DNA of 64,000 bases from Gammaproteobacteria bacterium (lineage in GTDB: Bacteria; Pseudomonadota; Gammaproteobacteria; Ga0077536), in assembly GCA_023257255.1 (NCBI GenBank), contig JALRCR010000001.1:266-64265 (forward strand), in the 5' to 3' direction. The notes below the pieces were generated by a model. That model did not search any database, had not been told where the DNA came from, and saw only the letters and a program-made list of their open reading frames with translations. Of the stretch, positions 32,660-43,094 are shown one piece after another. The first letter of the stretch is position 1; each line of letters begins with the position of its first letter. Both the position numbers and the translations under genes were made by a program.

Positions 32660-35392
32660 ATGACCGACTCCGCTCTTTCGCTTCCGCGCCGCTTGCTCCG
32701 CGCCCTGTTTGGCAGTCGCAACGAACGCCTGTTGCGGAAGATCCGGAGGGTCGTCGACACCGTCAACGGCTTCGAGTCCGCGCTCGCGGCGCTCTCCGAT
32801 GACGCCCTGGCGGGTAAAACCGAATCCTTCCGCAGCCGGCTGGCGCAGGGCGAAACGCTCGACAGTCTACTGCCTGAAGCCTTCGCCACGGTGCGGGAGG
32901 CCGCCCGCCGGGCGCTCAATATGCGCCATTTCGACGTGCAGATGATCGGTGGCATCGTGCTGCACGACGGGCGCATCGCTGAAATGCGCACCGGCGAGGG
33001 CAAGACCCTGGTCGCGACCCTGCCGGTATACCTCAACGCGTTGACCGGGCGCGGTGTCCACGTGATTACCGTCAACGACTACCTTGCCAGGCGCGACGCC
33101 GAGTGGATTGGCAAGGTCTATCGTTTTCTCGGCCTGACCGTCGGGGTGGTGCTGTCCGGGATGGGGTCAGAGGACCGACGCGCGGCCTATGGCGCCGACA
33201 TCACCTACGGCACCAACAACGAATTTGGCTTCGACTACCTGCGCGACAACATGGTCTTCAGCAAAGACCAGCGCGTGCAGCGGGAGCTGGTCTACGCGGT
33301 GGTCGACGAGGTTGACTCCATCCTGATCGACGAAGCACGTACCCCGCTGATTATTTCCGGGCCTTCGGATGACCGTAGCGACGCCTATCGGCGCATGAAT
33401 GTGCTGATCCCGAAGCTGGTGCGCCAGCCCGAGGAAGAGGGTGAAGGCGACTACTGGGTCGATGAGAAAGCCCGCCAGGTTCACATCACTGAGTCCGGGC
33501 ATGAGCATGTGGAAGCCTTGATGGCCGAAGCCGGCCTGCTGGCCGCAGGCGAGAGCCTCTACGGGGTGTCAAACATCGGCCTCATGCACCACCTGAACGC
33601 TGCCCTGCGTGCCCACGCGCTGTTCGCGCGGGACGTGGACTACGTGGTGAAGGACGGTGAGGTAGTCATCGTTGACGAATTCACCGGCCGCACCATGCCA
33701 GGCCGCCGCTGGTCGGATGGCCTGCATCAGGCCGTCGAAGCCAAGGAAGGCGTGCAGATCCAGCTCGAGAACCAAACGCTGGCTTCGATCACCTACCAGA
33801 ATTACTTCCGCCTGTACGAAAAACTGGCCGGCATGACCGGTACCGCCGACACCGAAGCCTACGAATTCCAGCAAATCTACGGGCTGGAAGTCGTGGTCAT
33901 TCCTACCCACCGGGCCATGGTGCGCAAAGACCACGGCGATATGGTGTTTCTCACGGCGCGCGAAAAATATCAGGCCATCGTGGAAGACATCGCCGAGTGC
34001 CGGACCCGGCGCCAGCCGGTGCTGGTCGGCACGACCTCAATTGAGAACTCCGAGTTTTTGTCAGACCTGCTCCGCAAGCAGAGCATTCCGCACCAGGTGC
34101 TCAACGCCAAGTTCCACGAAAAGGAAGCGCAAATCGTGGCCCAGGCCGGTCGTCCCGGCAGTGTGACGGTAGCCACCAATATGGCGGGTCGCGGTACCGA
34201 TATCGTGCTCGGCGGCAGTCTGGAAGCGGAACTGGCCGCGCTGCCGGCGGGCGCCGCCGATGCTGATAGGCAGCGGGTGCGTGATGAATGGACTGCCCGA
34301 CACGACGAAGTGCTCGCCGCCGGCGGCTTGCATATTGTGGGCACCGAACGCCACGAGTCGCGCCGTATCGACAACCAGCTGCGCGGCCGTTCCGGCCGTC
34401 AGGGTGATCCGGGCAGCCGGTTCTACCTGTCGCTGGAAGATAACCTCATGCGTATTTTTGCCTCTGACCGGGTCGCCGGCCTGATGCAGAAACTCGGCAT
34501 GAAGGAAGGCGAGGCCATTGAGCATCCCTGGGTGACCAAGGCCATCGAAAATGCCCAGCGCAAAGTGGAAGGTCGCAACTTCGATATCCGCAAGCAGTTG
34601 CTGGAGTTCGATGACGTGGCGAATGACCAGCGCAAGCACGTTTACGAGCAGCGCCGCGACCTGATGGAGGCCGATGACATTTCGGCGAACATCGGCGGCA
34701 TCCGTAGCGATGTGGTCAACCAGTTCATCGACGCCTACATCCCGCCAGAAAGCTATCCCGAAAACTGGAACATCGACGGCTTGATGGCCGCCTTGCACAG
34801 CGACTATGGCGTCAGCCAGCCAATCAGCGACTGGCTGGCGAGTGACGATGAACTGCCCGAGCGGACCATCCGCGAGCGCATCCTGCAAGCGGTCGAAGAG
34901 AGCTATCAGGCCAAGGAGGCGCTGGTCGGTAGCGATGCCATGCGCGAATTTGAGCGCTCGGTCATGTTGCAGGTGCTCGACACACACTGGAAGGAGCATC
35001 TCTCGGGCATGGACCATCTGCGGCAGGGCATTCATCTGCGCGGCTACGCCCAGAAAGACCCCAAGCAGGAGTACAAGCGCGAGTCTTTCGAAATGTTCGC
35101 GCGGATGCTGCAATCCATCATGCGCGACGTGATTGGCATTTTGAGCAAGGTCGAAATTCGCGCGCGCGACGAAGTCGCGGAGCTTGAGGAGCAACGTCGC
35201 CGCACGGCCGAGCAGGCGCTGGCCCAGACCCAGATCCATGCAAGCGCCAGCGCGCTTGAGCCCGACCACCCGCCCCAGGCGGATGGCGGCCCGGCGCCTT
35301 ACGTACGCCCGGGCCAGAAAGTCGGCCGCAACGACCCCTGCCCCTGCGGCTCGGGTCGCAAGTACAAGCAATGTCACGGTCGCCTGAGCTAG
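32660..35392 (+). CDS. secA: Preprotein translocase ATPase SecA
   Basis: The ORF at 32621..35392 is trimmed to ATG 32660, giving 910 aa. [26 protein letters not shown] and the C-terminal zinc motif [14 protein letters not shown]. Confidence 0.97.
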   Translation: MTDSALSLPRRLLRALFGSRNERLLRKIRRVVDTVNGFESALAALSDDALAGKTESFRSRLAQGETLDSLLPEAFATVREAARRALNMRHFDVQMIGGIVLHDGRIAEMRTGEGKTLVATLPVYLNALTGRGVHVITVNDYLARRDAEWIGKVYRFLGLTVGVVLSGMGSEDRRAAYGADITYGTNNEFGFDYLRDNMVFSKDQRVQRELVYAVVDEVDSILIDEARTPLIISGPSDDRSDAYRRMNVLIPKLVRQPEEEGEGDYWVDEKARQVHITESGHEHVEALMAEAGLLAAGESLYGVSNIGLMHHLNAALRAHALFARDVDYVVKDGEVVIVDEFTGRTMPGRRWSDGLHQAVEAKEGVQIQLENQTLASITYQNYFRLYEKLAGMTGTADTEAYEFQQIYGLEVVVIPTHRAMVRKDHGDMVFLTAREKYQAIVEDIAECRTRRQPVLVGTTSIENSEFLSDLLRKQSIPHQVLNAKFHEKEAQIVAQAGRPGSVTVATNMAGRGTDIVLGGSLEAELAALPAGAADADRQRVRDEWTARHDEVLAAGGLHIVGTERHESRRIDNQLRGRSGRQGDPGSRFYLSLEDNLMRIFASDRVAGLMQKLGMKEGEAIEHPWVTKAIENAQRKVEGRNFDIRKQLLEFDDVANDQRKHVYEQRRDLMEADDISANIGGIRSDVVNQFIDAYIPPESYPENWNIDGLMAALHSDYGVSQPISDWLASDDELPERTIRERILQAVEESYQAKEALVGSDAMREFERSVMLQVLDTHWKEHLSGMDHLRQGIHLRGYAQKDPKQEYKRESFEMFARMLQSIMRDVIGILSKVEIRARDEVAELEEQRRRTAEQALAQTQIHASASALEPDHPPQADGGPAPYVRPGQKVGRNDPCPCGSGRKYKQCHGRLS

Positions 35393-35410
35393 GCGCCACC
35401 AAGCCCGAAG

Positions 35411-36619
35411 GTGTTCATGAGCGAAATCTCCATCAGCCCGCACCGCATTGCGGGCGTTCGTCTGGCCTGCGTCGCGGCCGGGATTCGTAAAAACGGTCGC
35501 CCCGATCTGACCTTGGTCGAAATCTGCCCCGGCGCCACCGCCGCAGCCGTGTTCACCCGCAATGTGTTCTGCGCCGCGCCGGTCACGCTGGCGCGCCGGC
35601 ACCTGGCGGCGGCAATGCCACGCCTGCTGGTGATTAACGCGGGCAACGCCAATGCCGGCACGGGCGAGCAGGGCTTGGCGGATGCGCTGACCGTTTGTCA
35701 GGAAGCCGGGGCGCGGTTGAACTGCGCGGCAGACGCGGTGCTGCCGTTTTCCACGGGCGTGATCGGTCAACGCCTGCCGGCCGAAAAGCTGGTCAGTGCG
35801 CTCAGTCCGGCAATTGCCGAACTGCGGGATGACGCTTGGGAAGCCGCCGCGCACGGCATCATGACGACCGACACGGTGCCGAAGCTCTTCTCGGCGCGGG
35901 TCGACACGGCGCATGGACCTTGCCACATCACCGGGATTACCAAAGGCGCCGGCATGATTAAGCCGGACATGGCCACGATGCTGGCGTTTATCGCCACCGA
36001 CGCAAAGATTGGTCAATCCGACCTGCAGATATTGGTTAGCGAACTGGCCGATCGCAGCTTCAATCGCATCACCATTGATGGTGATACCTCCACCAACGAC
36101 GCCTGCATCCTGATCGCGAGTGCGCAGGGCCCGACGCTGTCTCCGGCCAGTCCCGACTGGCCGTCCTTCCGCGCGGCGCTGGAGGGGGTCTTCTGCGAAC
36201 TGGCCCGCGCCATCGTGCGTGACGGCGAAGGTGCCACCAAGCTCGTGACGGTGGACGTGCGCGGCGGACAGGCCGAGGCGGATTGCCTGCGCGCGGCCTA
36301 TGCCGTGGCCGAGTCGCCGCTGGTCAAGACGGCGCTATTTGCCAGCGATCCCAACTGGGGCCGGATTCTGGCCGCGGTCGGGCGCTCCGGCGCCAGCGGG
36401 CTGGTGCTGACCGATATCGATATCGCCATTGGCGGCGTGCGGATCGTGGCGGGCGGCGAGCCGGTGCCTGGTTATGACGAAGCGGATGTGGCCCGGGTGA
36501 TGGCCGGCGCCGAGTACATCATTGAGGTCCGAATCGGACAGGCCGCGACCCACGCCACCGTGCTGACCTGCGATTTCTCCTACGACTACGTGAAGATCAA
36601 CGCCGAATACCGGAGCTGA
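35411..36619 (+). CDS. argJ: Bifunctional ornithine acetyltransferase / N-acetylglutamate synthase
   Basis: 402 aa. KGAGMIKPDMATMLAFIATDA contains the ArgJ autoprocessing site. Confidence 0.93.
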   Translation: MFMSEISISPHRIAGVRLACVAAGIRKNGRPDLTLVEICPGATAAAVFTRNVFCAAPVTLARRHLAAAMPRLLVINAGNANAGTGEQGLADALTVCQEAGARLNCAADAVLPFSTGVIGQRLPAEKLVSALSPAIAELRDDAWEAAAHGIMTTDTVPKLFSARVDTAHGPCHITGITKGAGMIKPDMATMLAFIATDAKIGQSDLQILVSELADRSFNRITIDGDTSTNDACILIASAQGPTLSPASPDWPSFRAALEGVFCELARAIVRDGEGATKLVTVDVRGGQAEADCLRAAYAVAESPLVKTALFASDPNWGRILAAVGRSGASGLVLTDIDIAIGGVRIVAGGEPVPGYDEADVARVMAGAEYIIEVRIGQAATHATVLTCDFSYDYVKINAEYRS

Positions 36620-36633
36620 CGGGGCTGCACGCC

Positions 36634-37647
36634 ATGAGCCTGACAGCGGCGATTCCAAGGCTTGAGGTGGTGGCGGGGGTGATCAGGGGTGCCGACGGTC
36701 GCATCCTCATCGCCCGCCGCGCAGCCGCTGCGGATCAGGGCGGGTTGTGGGAGTTTCCGGGCGGCAAGCTTGAGGCAGGCGAAAGCCGGCTTGAGGCGCT
36801 CAGACGCGAACTTCGTGAGGAGTTGGGGATCACCCTGCGTGCTGCGGCCCCGCTGCTGGAAGTCAGCCACCGCTATCCCCAACGAGCGGTGCGGCTTTAC
36901 GTTTTTGAAGTGACCGCGTGGCAGGGCACGCCAAGCGGTCTGGAAGGACAGCCGCTGCGTTGGGTAGCGCCTGACGCCCTGCTAGGCCATGCATTTCCGG
37001 CGGCCAATCTGCCCATCGTGACCGCCGCCCGGTTGCCTCGCGCCTGTCTCATCACCCCGGAACCCGAGCAGCTCCCGCAATGGCTGGCGCAGCTGGCCGC
37101 CTGTCTGGCGGCCGGCGTCAAACTGATCCAGCTCCGCGCCAACACGCTGCCGCCACCGGCTTATCAAGCGCTGGCCCGCGAGGCGATCGCCATGGCGCAT
37201 GCCCATGGCGCGCGCATCCTGCTCAACGCCGAGCCGGCGCTTGCGGCCCAGCTTGGCGCCGACGGCGTCCACCTCAACGCTCGGCGTTTGCGGGCCATGG
37301 CCGCTCGCCCGCTGGACGCCCCCGCGCTGGTCAGCGCCGCCTGTCATGACGCGGAAGCTCTCGATCTGGCGGCGGCCGTCGGCTGCGATTTCGTGCTGAT
37401 TTCGCCGGTCGCGCCAACCGCCAGCCATCCCGGCGTCACGCCGCTCGGCTGGTCAGGACTCGCTCGGCTGGCCCGTCACAGCCGCCTGCCGGCCTACGCG
37501 CTCGGCGGGATGAATGCCGACGCGCTGCCACAGGCGGTGGCGGCGGGCTGTATTGGGGTCGCGGCGATTACCGCCGCCTGGCGGCAGCCCGAAGCAATGG
37601 GCGAGGCAAACGTCCGGCGGCTGTTAGGTGCGCTGCCGGCGCTATAG
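36634..37647 (+). CDS. mutT: Nudix (MutT-like 8-oxo-dGTP diphosphatase) fused to a ThiE/TenI-like domain
   Basis: The N-terminal Nudix box is GGKLEAGESRLEALRRELREELGI. The C-terminal ~200 aa resemble thiamine-phosphate synthase/TenI (LIQLRA, ADGVHLN, FVLISPV, YALGGM). Confidence 0.8.
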   Translation: MSLTAAIPRLEVVAGVIRGADGRILIARRAAAADQGGLWEFPGGKLEAGESRLEALRRELREELGITLRAAAPLLEVSHRYPQRAVRLYVFEVTAWQGTPSGLEGQPLRWVAPDALLGHAFPAANLPIVTAARLPRACLITPEPEQLPQWLAQLAACLAAGVKLIQLRANTLPPPAYQALAREAIAMAHAHGARILLNAEPALAAQLGADGVHLNARRLRAMAARPLDAPALVSAACHDAEALDLAAAVGCDFVLISPVAPTASHPGVTPLGWSGLARLARHSRLPAYALGGMNADALPQAVAAGCIGVAAITAAWRQPEAMGEANVRRLLGALPAL

Positions 37648-38457
37648 GCCGCAGCACTGCAGTTCGAAGTGCACCGTTTCGCTGGTTTGTTGGGGCCGCG
37701 AGCCCGGATCCGCCGGCCGGATGAAGCGCACGGTGAAGCGGTGCTTGCCGCCGCTGATTTCCGCAAAAACCTCTTCCTCCACGTTCAGCACCACGCGGAC
37801 CAGCTGGCAAGACGAGGTCGGGTCTAGATTCTGCTGGTAGAAGCCGCCGCTGGCGGCCACTTTCTGTGGCACCGCTGATTCACGGATCAGCTTCAGCGTG
37901 ATCTCCACGCCTTCTTCGATAACGCGTAAATCGTCCATCCAGTCGTTCAGCTGCGCGACCCGCACCGCATGCTCCCGTGAGAGCCAGAAGTGGAAGGCAG
38001 GCAGATCGAAACTGCATAAACCGCCGGGAATCGCCAGCCGCTGCCGGACCTGGGTCACGAGTTCCATCTGGCGCATGCGCTGTCCCGGCTGACAGGCCGG
38101 CGAGCGCAGCGCGCTCAGGATCGGGTCGAGGCGAGAGAGTGTGTTGTCCAGCGTGGTCTGGTTGACTGCCGGGTTGCTGCGCAGGGCGCTTAGCGTCGCC
38201 GCGTGGCGCTCCAGTTCCTTGATCAGGTCACCCTTGATGTCGGCGCGGGTCAACTGGTCGGTGATATCGATAAGGCTTGCCACCGCCTGCCGGGCGTTGA
38301 GGGCGGTCTTGCCCTGCATGCACTCGGCGACCGACTGGAAAAGATATTCGAGACGCAGGAAACAGCGGATGCGTTCATTTAGAGGCTGTTCGTAGATAAC
38401 GCACGCCCCGGTTTCGGGAAACAGTTGCTGTTGGGGGCTCGGGCGCGCGGACTGCAT
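37642..38457 (-). CDS. zapD: Cell division protein ZapD (YacF)
   Basis: The ORF at 37642..38571 is trimmed to ATG 38457. VIYEQPLNERIRCFLRLEYLF and DIKGDLIKELERH are ZapD-like. Confidence 0.85.
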   Translation of the reverse strand: MQSARPSPQQQLFPETGACVIYEQPLNERIRCFLRLEYLFQSVAECMQGKTALNARQAVASLIDITDQLTRADIKGDLIKELERHAATLSALRSNPAVNQTTLDNTLSRLDPILSALRSPACQPGQRMRQMELVTQVRQRLAIPGGLCSFDLPAFHFWLSREHAVRVAQLNDWMDDLRVIEEGVEITLKLIRESAVPQKVAASGGFYQQNLDPTSSCQLVRVVLNVEEEVFAEISGGKHRFTVRFIRPADPGSRPQQTSETVHFELQCCGL

Positions 38458-38470
38458 TGCTGGGGGATTT

Positions 38471-39091
38471 CTAGGCCGCGCCCTCTTTGGCAAGTTGGAG
38501 GTACCGAGCGTGCAGCGCCGAAATCCGGGGCCGCAGTAGCGAGACATCGCCGGTGTTTTCCAGCACATCATGCGCGGCCGCCAGACGGTCTTCCCGCGAG
38601 GCTTGTGTCCGCATAATTGCCGCTACCTCCGGGGCTGTCAATTCGTCGCGGGCCATGACGCGCGCGATCTGAACCTCGGTCGGGCAATCAATCACGAGCA
38701 CGCGGTTAACGCGGTTGCCGCCACCCCGTTCCACCAGCAGCGGGATGCAGACCAGGCAGTAGGGAAAGCCGGCCGCCTGCACGCGCGCGTCGGTTTCCTG
38801 TCGAATCAGCGGGTGCAGAATAGCCTCGAGCTGTTCACGCAGGGCGGGGGTCGCAAACACCAGCTGGCGAACGCGGCGCCGGTCAAGCTGGCCATCGGCC
38901 GTCAGCACCTCGGGACCGAAAGCCGCAACCACTGCGGCGAGGCCCGGGCTGCCCGGCGCTACCACGTCGCGTGCGACCTGGTCGGTATCGATGACCGGCG
39001 CGCCCAGCGCCGCAAATTCGCGGCAGATGGTCGTTTTACCGCTGCCGATGCCGCCGGTGACGCCCACCACAAACACGCGCTGCTTGTTCAT
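38471..39091 (-). CDS. coaE: Dephospho-CoA kinase
   Basis: The ORF at 38471..39670 is trimmed to MNKQRVFVVGVTGGIGSGKTT, giving 206 aa. The start overlaps the pilD stop. Confidence 0.92.
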   Translation of the reverse strand: MNKQRVFVVGVTGGIGSGKTTICREFAALGAPVIDTDQVARDVVAPGSPGLAAVVAAFGPEVLTADGQLDRRRVRQLVFATPALREQLEAILHPLIRQETDARVQAAGFPYCLVCIPLLVERGGGNRVNRVLVIDCPTEVQIARVMARDELTAPEVAAIMRTQASREDRLAAAHDVLENTGDVSLLRPRISALHARYLQLAKEGAA

Positions 39092-39966
39092 CTCACGAAA
39101 GTCCCCAGCAACAGATCCTGCACCACATTCCCCCATAACAGCTGGATCCAGCCGGCGGCTGCCAGAAACGGGCCGAAAGGGATCGGCTTGCCGCGGGCAT
39201 GACGTCCCAGCCCAATCAGCATAAGCCCGACCAGCGCACCGACCAGCGCGGCACCGATGATGATCCCGGGCAGGGCGGCCCAGCCCAGCCACGCCCCCAG
39301 CGCCGCAAGCAGCTTGAAGTCGCCGTAACCCATGCCCTCTTTGCCGGTCGCCAGGCGGAAGGCCCAATAGACCGACCACAGGCTGAGGTAGCCCGCCATC
39401 GCGCCGATGACCGCCGCTTGCAGGCCGACCAGACCGCCGCCCAGATTGACCGCAAGACCCGCCCAGAGCAGCGGCAGGGTGAGGTCGTCGGGCAGCAGCT
39501 GGGTGTCGTAGTCGATCACCGCCAGCGCGAGCAGTGTCCAGGACACGCCGGCGGCCAGCAGGGCGAACGGGCCAAAACCAAAACGCCAGGCGGCAAGGCC
39601 AGCGAGCACGCCCGCGCAGCACTCCACCAGCGGGTAGCGCAAGGGGATGGCGGTGCGGCAGTGTCGACAACGCCCGCCAAGCAGAAGCCAGCTCACGAGA
39701 GGGATATTGTCGAAGGCGCTAATCGCCGCCGCGCAGTGCGGGCAACGGGACCGCGGGCGGACCAGATTAAACACCTCATCGCGCGCGTCAGGCGTCGGCT
39801 CCGTCTGGTCGAAGGCAGCGCACTCCGTCCGCCACGCCCGTTCCATCATCAGCGGTAGCCGATAAATGACGACGTTGAGAAAACTCCCGACCAGCAGACC
39901 GAACACGCTCAGCGTGACAATGAAGGCGGTCGGCGAACTCGCCAGCAGCTGAAGCAGGTCGGCCAT
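39088..39966 (-). CDS. pilD: Prepilin leader peptidase / N-methyltransferase (A24 family)
   Basis: 292 aa polytopic protein with the cytoplasmic Cys motifs CPHC...CRHC and GYGDFKLLAALGAWLG. Confidence 0.93.
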   Translation of the reverse strand: MADLLQLLASSPTAFIVTLSVFGLLVGSFLNVVIYRLPLMMERAWRTECAAFDQTEPTPDARDEVFNLVRPRSRCPHCAAAISAFDNIPLVSWLLLGGRCRHCRTAIPLRYPLVECCAGVLAGLAAWRFGFGPFALLAAGVSWTLLALAVIDYDTQLLPDDLTLPLLWAGLAVNLGGGLVGLQAAVIGAMAGYLSLWSVYWAFRLATGKEGMGYGDFKLLAALGAWLGWAALPGIIIGAALVGALVGLMLIGLGRHARGKPIPFGPFLAAAGWIQLLWGNVVQDLLLGTFVR

Positions 39967-40026
39967 GCGCTCAGGCCCGGCCGTCGCAGTGGAAGGACAT
40001 CAGAAAAATCCCGGGCCTAGTCGCGC

Positions 40027-41253
40027 TTAAACCACCTGACCCATCTTGAAGATAGGCAGGTACATGGCGACCACCAGACCACCGATTACCACGCCCAGCA
40101 CCGCCATGATCATCGGCTCGAGCAGGCTGGTAAGGGAATCCACCGCATCGTCCACTTCCTGTTCGTACCAGTCGGCGACTTTACTCAACATAGAATCGAG
40201 CGCGCCGGATTCTTCGCCGATCGCCACCATCTGGACGACCATGTTGGGAAACAGATCGGCGTCGCGCATGGCCACCTGCAACTGGGTGCCGGTCGCAATT
40301 TCATCACGCATTTTCATCGTGGCGTTGTAGTAGAGGATGTTGCCGCACGCACCGGCGACGGAGGTCATGGCTTCAACCAGCGGCGTGCCGGCGGCAAACA
40401 TCGTAGCCAGCGTGCGCGCAAACCGGGCGGTCGCAGATTTATTCAGAATGTCGCCGACCACCGGGAGTTTGAGAGCGAGTCGATCCAGCGCGTGGGCAAA
40501 AGCAACTGATCGTTTCTTGGCCTGAATCAGGCCGAAAATGGTGCCGCCGACCACGATGAGCAGCAGCCACCAGTTGGCCTGCATCCACTTCGACATGTCG
40601 ATGACCATGCGCGTCAGGCCTGGCAGGTCGGCGCCGAAGCCGCTGAACAGTTCTTCAAACTGCGGGATGACGAACAGCAACAGGATGCAGGTGATGATGA
40701 ACGCCACCACGAGTACGGCAACCGGATAGAACATCGCGCCCTTGATCTTCGACTTCAGGGCTTCCGATTTCTCCATGTAAGTCGCGAGTTTGTGCAGGAT
40801 GCTTTCCAGAATACCCGCGTGTTCGCCCGCCGTGACCAGATTGACGAAGAGCTCGTTAAACTGCAGCGGGTGCTTGCGCAGCGACTCGGCCAGCGAGCCG
40901 CCGGCTTCGATATCCCCTTTGATCGACAGGATGAGCTGCTGCATGGCTTTGTTGGCGTGACCGCGGCCCACGATTTCGAAAGACTGCACCAGCGGCACGC
41001 CGGACGACATCATGGTGGCCAGCTGCCGGCAGAATACCGTGATGTCCTTGGTGGTGATTTTGGCCGAACTGGTGCCCAACAACGGTTTGGGCTTTTTCTT
41101 GACCTTGAGCGGATTGATGCCCTGACGCCGCAAAATCGACCGCACCACGGCGTCGCTCTGCCCCGACATCTCACCCTTGACCCGCTTGCCAGCGCGGTCC
41201 ATGCCCTCCCAGAGGTACATATCCGTGCGGACTGGGGCGATGCCTTCGGCCAT
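40027..41253 (-). CDS. pilC: Type IV pilus inner-membrane platform protein (GspF family)
   Basis: 408 aa with two GspF-type repeats (FCRQLATMMSSGVPLVQS; FARTLATMFAAGTPLVEA). Confidence 0.93.
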   Translation of the reverse strand: MAEGIAPVRTDMYLWEGMDRAGKRVKGEMSGQSDAVVRSILRRQGINPLKVKKKPKPLLGTSSAKITTKDITVFCRQLATMMSSGVPLVQSFEIVGRGHANKAMQQLILSIKGDIEAGGSLAESLRKHPLQFNELFVNLVTAGEHAGILESILHKLATYMEKSEALKSKIKGAMFYPVAVLVVAFIITCILLLFVIPQFEELFSGFGADLPGLTRMVIDMSKWMQANWWLLLIVVGGTIFGLIQAKKRSVAFAHALDRLALKLPVVGDILNKSATARFARTLATMFAAGTPLVEAMTSVAGACGNILYYNATMKMRDEIATGTQLQVAMRDADLFPNMVVQMVAIGEESGALDSMLSKVADWYEQEVDDAVDSLTSLLEPMIMAVLGVVIGGLVVAMYLPIFKMGQVV

Positions 41254-41256
41254 GTC

Positions 41257-42972
41257 TTACTCCACCGTCACGCGGTTGATTTCAGCGAGACTGGTAATGC
41301 CCCGGCGCGCCTTGTTGAGGCCTGATTTGCGAATATCCCAGATGCCTTCCGCAGCGCTCTGGTCGGCCAACTGCACGGCGTTGGCACCCTCAATGATGAG
41401 CCGCTTCATGCCGTCGGAAATAGGCATCACCTGATAGATCCCGACCCGTCCTTTATAGCCGCTCGGGCAATCGCTGCTGCTGCCCGGACCATAAAGACGG
41501 AAGCCGGCTTCGACGTCTTCGGGCGCAAAACCCTCCTTTAGCAAGGCCTCGGGCGGTACGTCGATGGGGGTGCGTAATTCCGGGTGCAGGCGGCGCGCCA
41601 GACGTTGGGCGGTAATCAGGTTGATGGTGGTGGCCACGGCGAACGGTGCGACGCCCATGTCTTGCAGGCGGGTCAGGGTTTGCGGGCCGTCGTTGGTGTG
41701 GAGCGTCGACATCACCATGTGGCCGGTTTGGGCGGCCTTGACCGCGATGGAAGCGGTTTCCAGATCGCGGATTTCGCCGACGAGGATGATGTCCGGGTCC
41801 TGCCGCAGGAAGGCCTTCAGTGCCTTCGGGAAGGTCATGCCGGTGCGCTCGTCGACCTGCACCTGATTCACCCCGGCGAGGTTAATTTCCACCGGGTCTT
41901 CGGCGGTGGAGATATTGATGTCTTCCTGATTGAGGATGTTGATCCCGGTATACAGCGATACCGTCTTGCCGCTACCGGTCGGGCCGGTGACCAGAAACAT
42001 GCCGTAAGGCTTTTGCAGGTTCTTCAGGAACAGCTCTTTCTGGAAATCCTCGTAGCCCAGCAGATTGATATCCAGCGCGCCCGAATCCGAGTTCAGGATA
42101 CGCATCACGCACTTTTCGCCAAACAGCGTCGGGCAGGTGTTAACCCGGAAGTCGATGGATTTGGTCTTCGACAGTTTCAGTTTGATGCGGCCGTCCTGTG
42201 GGACGCGCCGTTCAGAGACGTCGAGGCGCGACATCACCTTGATACGCGCCGCGATTTTGCCGGCCAGCGCCAACGGGGGTTTGGCGATTTCGGTCAGCAT
42301 GCCGTCGATCCGGAAGCGCACCCGAAAAACTTTTTCGTAAGGTTCGAAATGGAGATCCGAAGCCCCGCGCTTGATCGCGTCCAGCAGGATTTTGTTGATG
42401 AAGCGCACCACCGGCGCGTCGTCAACCTCCGTGCTTTCGGTGACCGTTTCCTGCTGCGCGCCGATTTCCAGATCGTCCAGATTTTCGAAGTCTGAATCGG
42501 CAATGTCGTTCATGCCGGAATCGGCTGCGGCCAGCGCCTTTTCGATCGCTTTCTGCAGTTTGTTTTGCTCCACCAGCACCGCTTCGGTATTGGCGCCGAT
42601 GTGGAACTTGATCTCGTCCAGCGCCTGCAGGTTGGTGGGATCGGCAATGCCGATATAGACGCGATTGCCCCGCTTGAAGATAGGCAGGGCATGGTGGCGC
42701 TGGATGAGTTCGATACTCACCAGCTTGACTACGTCGGGGTCGATTTCCAGCGCTTCGATATCCACCAGCGGCGCGCCAAATTCCTGAGAGGCCGCATGGG
42801 CAACGGTCTTGGGGTCGACCAGCTTCTGGTCGACCACATATTTCACAAAGGGTGTCTTCGCGGCAACGGCAGCCTGGAATACGCGCGCCGCCTCCTGCTC
42901 GTCCAGCAAGCCGTCGGCCACCAGTTTGCGGGCCAGACCGGTCAAGGGAATGCGGTTGGAGGGAACTGCCAC
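41257..42972 (-). CDS. pilB: Type IV pilus assembly (extension) ATPase
   Basis: 571 aa, GTG start. Walker A GPTGSGKTVSLY, and the GspE-type sequences LRQDPDIILVGEIRD and TGHMVMSTLHTN. Confidence 0.93.
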   Translation of the reverse strand: MAVPSNRIPLTGLARKLVADGLLDEQEAARVFQAAVAAKTPFVKYVVDQKLVDPKTVAHAASQEFGAPLVDIEALEIDPDVVKLVSIELIQRHHALPIFKRGNRVYIGIADPTNLQALDEIKFHIGANTEAVLVEQNKLQKAIEKALAAADSGMNDIADSDFENLDDLEIGAQQETVTESTEVDDAPVVRFINKILLDAIKRGASDLHFEPYEKVFRVRFRIDGMLTEIAKPPLALAGKIAARIKVMSRLDVSERRVPQDGRIKLKLSKTKSIDFRVNTCPTLFGEKCVMRILNSDSGALDINLLGYEDFQKELFLKNLQKPYGMFLVTGPTGSGKTVSLYTGINILNQEDINISTAEDPVEINLAGVNQVQVDERTGMTFPKALKAFLRQDPDIILVGEIRDLETASIAVKAAQTGHMVMSTLHTNDGPQTLTRLQDMGVAPFAVATTINLITAQRLARRLHPELRTPIDVPPEALLKEGFAPEDVEAGFRLYGPGSSSDCPSGYKGRVGIYQVMPISDGMKRLIIEGANAVQLADQSAAEGIWDIRKSGLNKARRGITSLAEINRVTVE

Positions 42973-43016
42973 AGAACTGCCTTAAATCCGTTAAACGCGA
43001 GAAAAAATACTAGACC

Positions 43017-43087
43017 AAAGCCGCCGTGCTGGCCACGACGGCTCGTAGGGTGACAGGTTCCCGCAGGGCTGTGGCGACCCTGCGGGC
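43017..43087 (-). terminator. Probable clpB terminator (two hairpins)
   Basis: On the plus strand, CCCGCAGGG (43061-43069) pairs with CCCTGCGGG (43079-43087), and GCCGCCGTG (43021-) pairs with CACGACGGC (-43043) with one mismatch. On the minus-strand transcript the second hairpin is followed by CTTTGGTCTAGTATTTTTTC. Confidence 0.45.
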
Positions 43088-43094
43088 GTCGCGC

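Noticed and set aside
34061-36016. 651-aa ORF on the minus strand spanning the secA 3' end and the argJ 5' half
   Set aside because: It lies antisense to two confidently identified genes and crosses their intergenic gap. The translation is Arg/Ala/Gly-rich low-complexity sequence with no recognisable motifs. This is typical of stop-codon-poor antisense frames in high-GC DNA.
38471-39670. 399-aa reading of the coaE ORF, and other over-long ORF-track starts (hisD 3032, petC 6215, sspB 7739, murF 18208, murG 23171, sucC 52233, clpB 45731, zapD 38571)
   Set aside because: The upstream extensions overlap the preceding gene and lack similarity to the respective families. Internal ATGs restore canonical N-termini and typical start/stop coupling.
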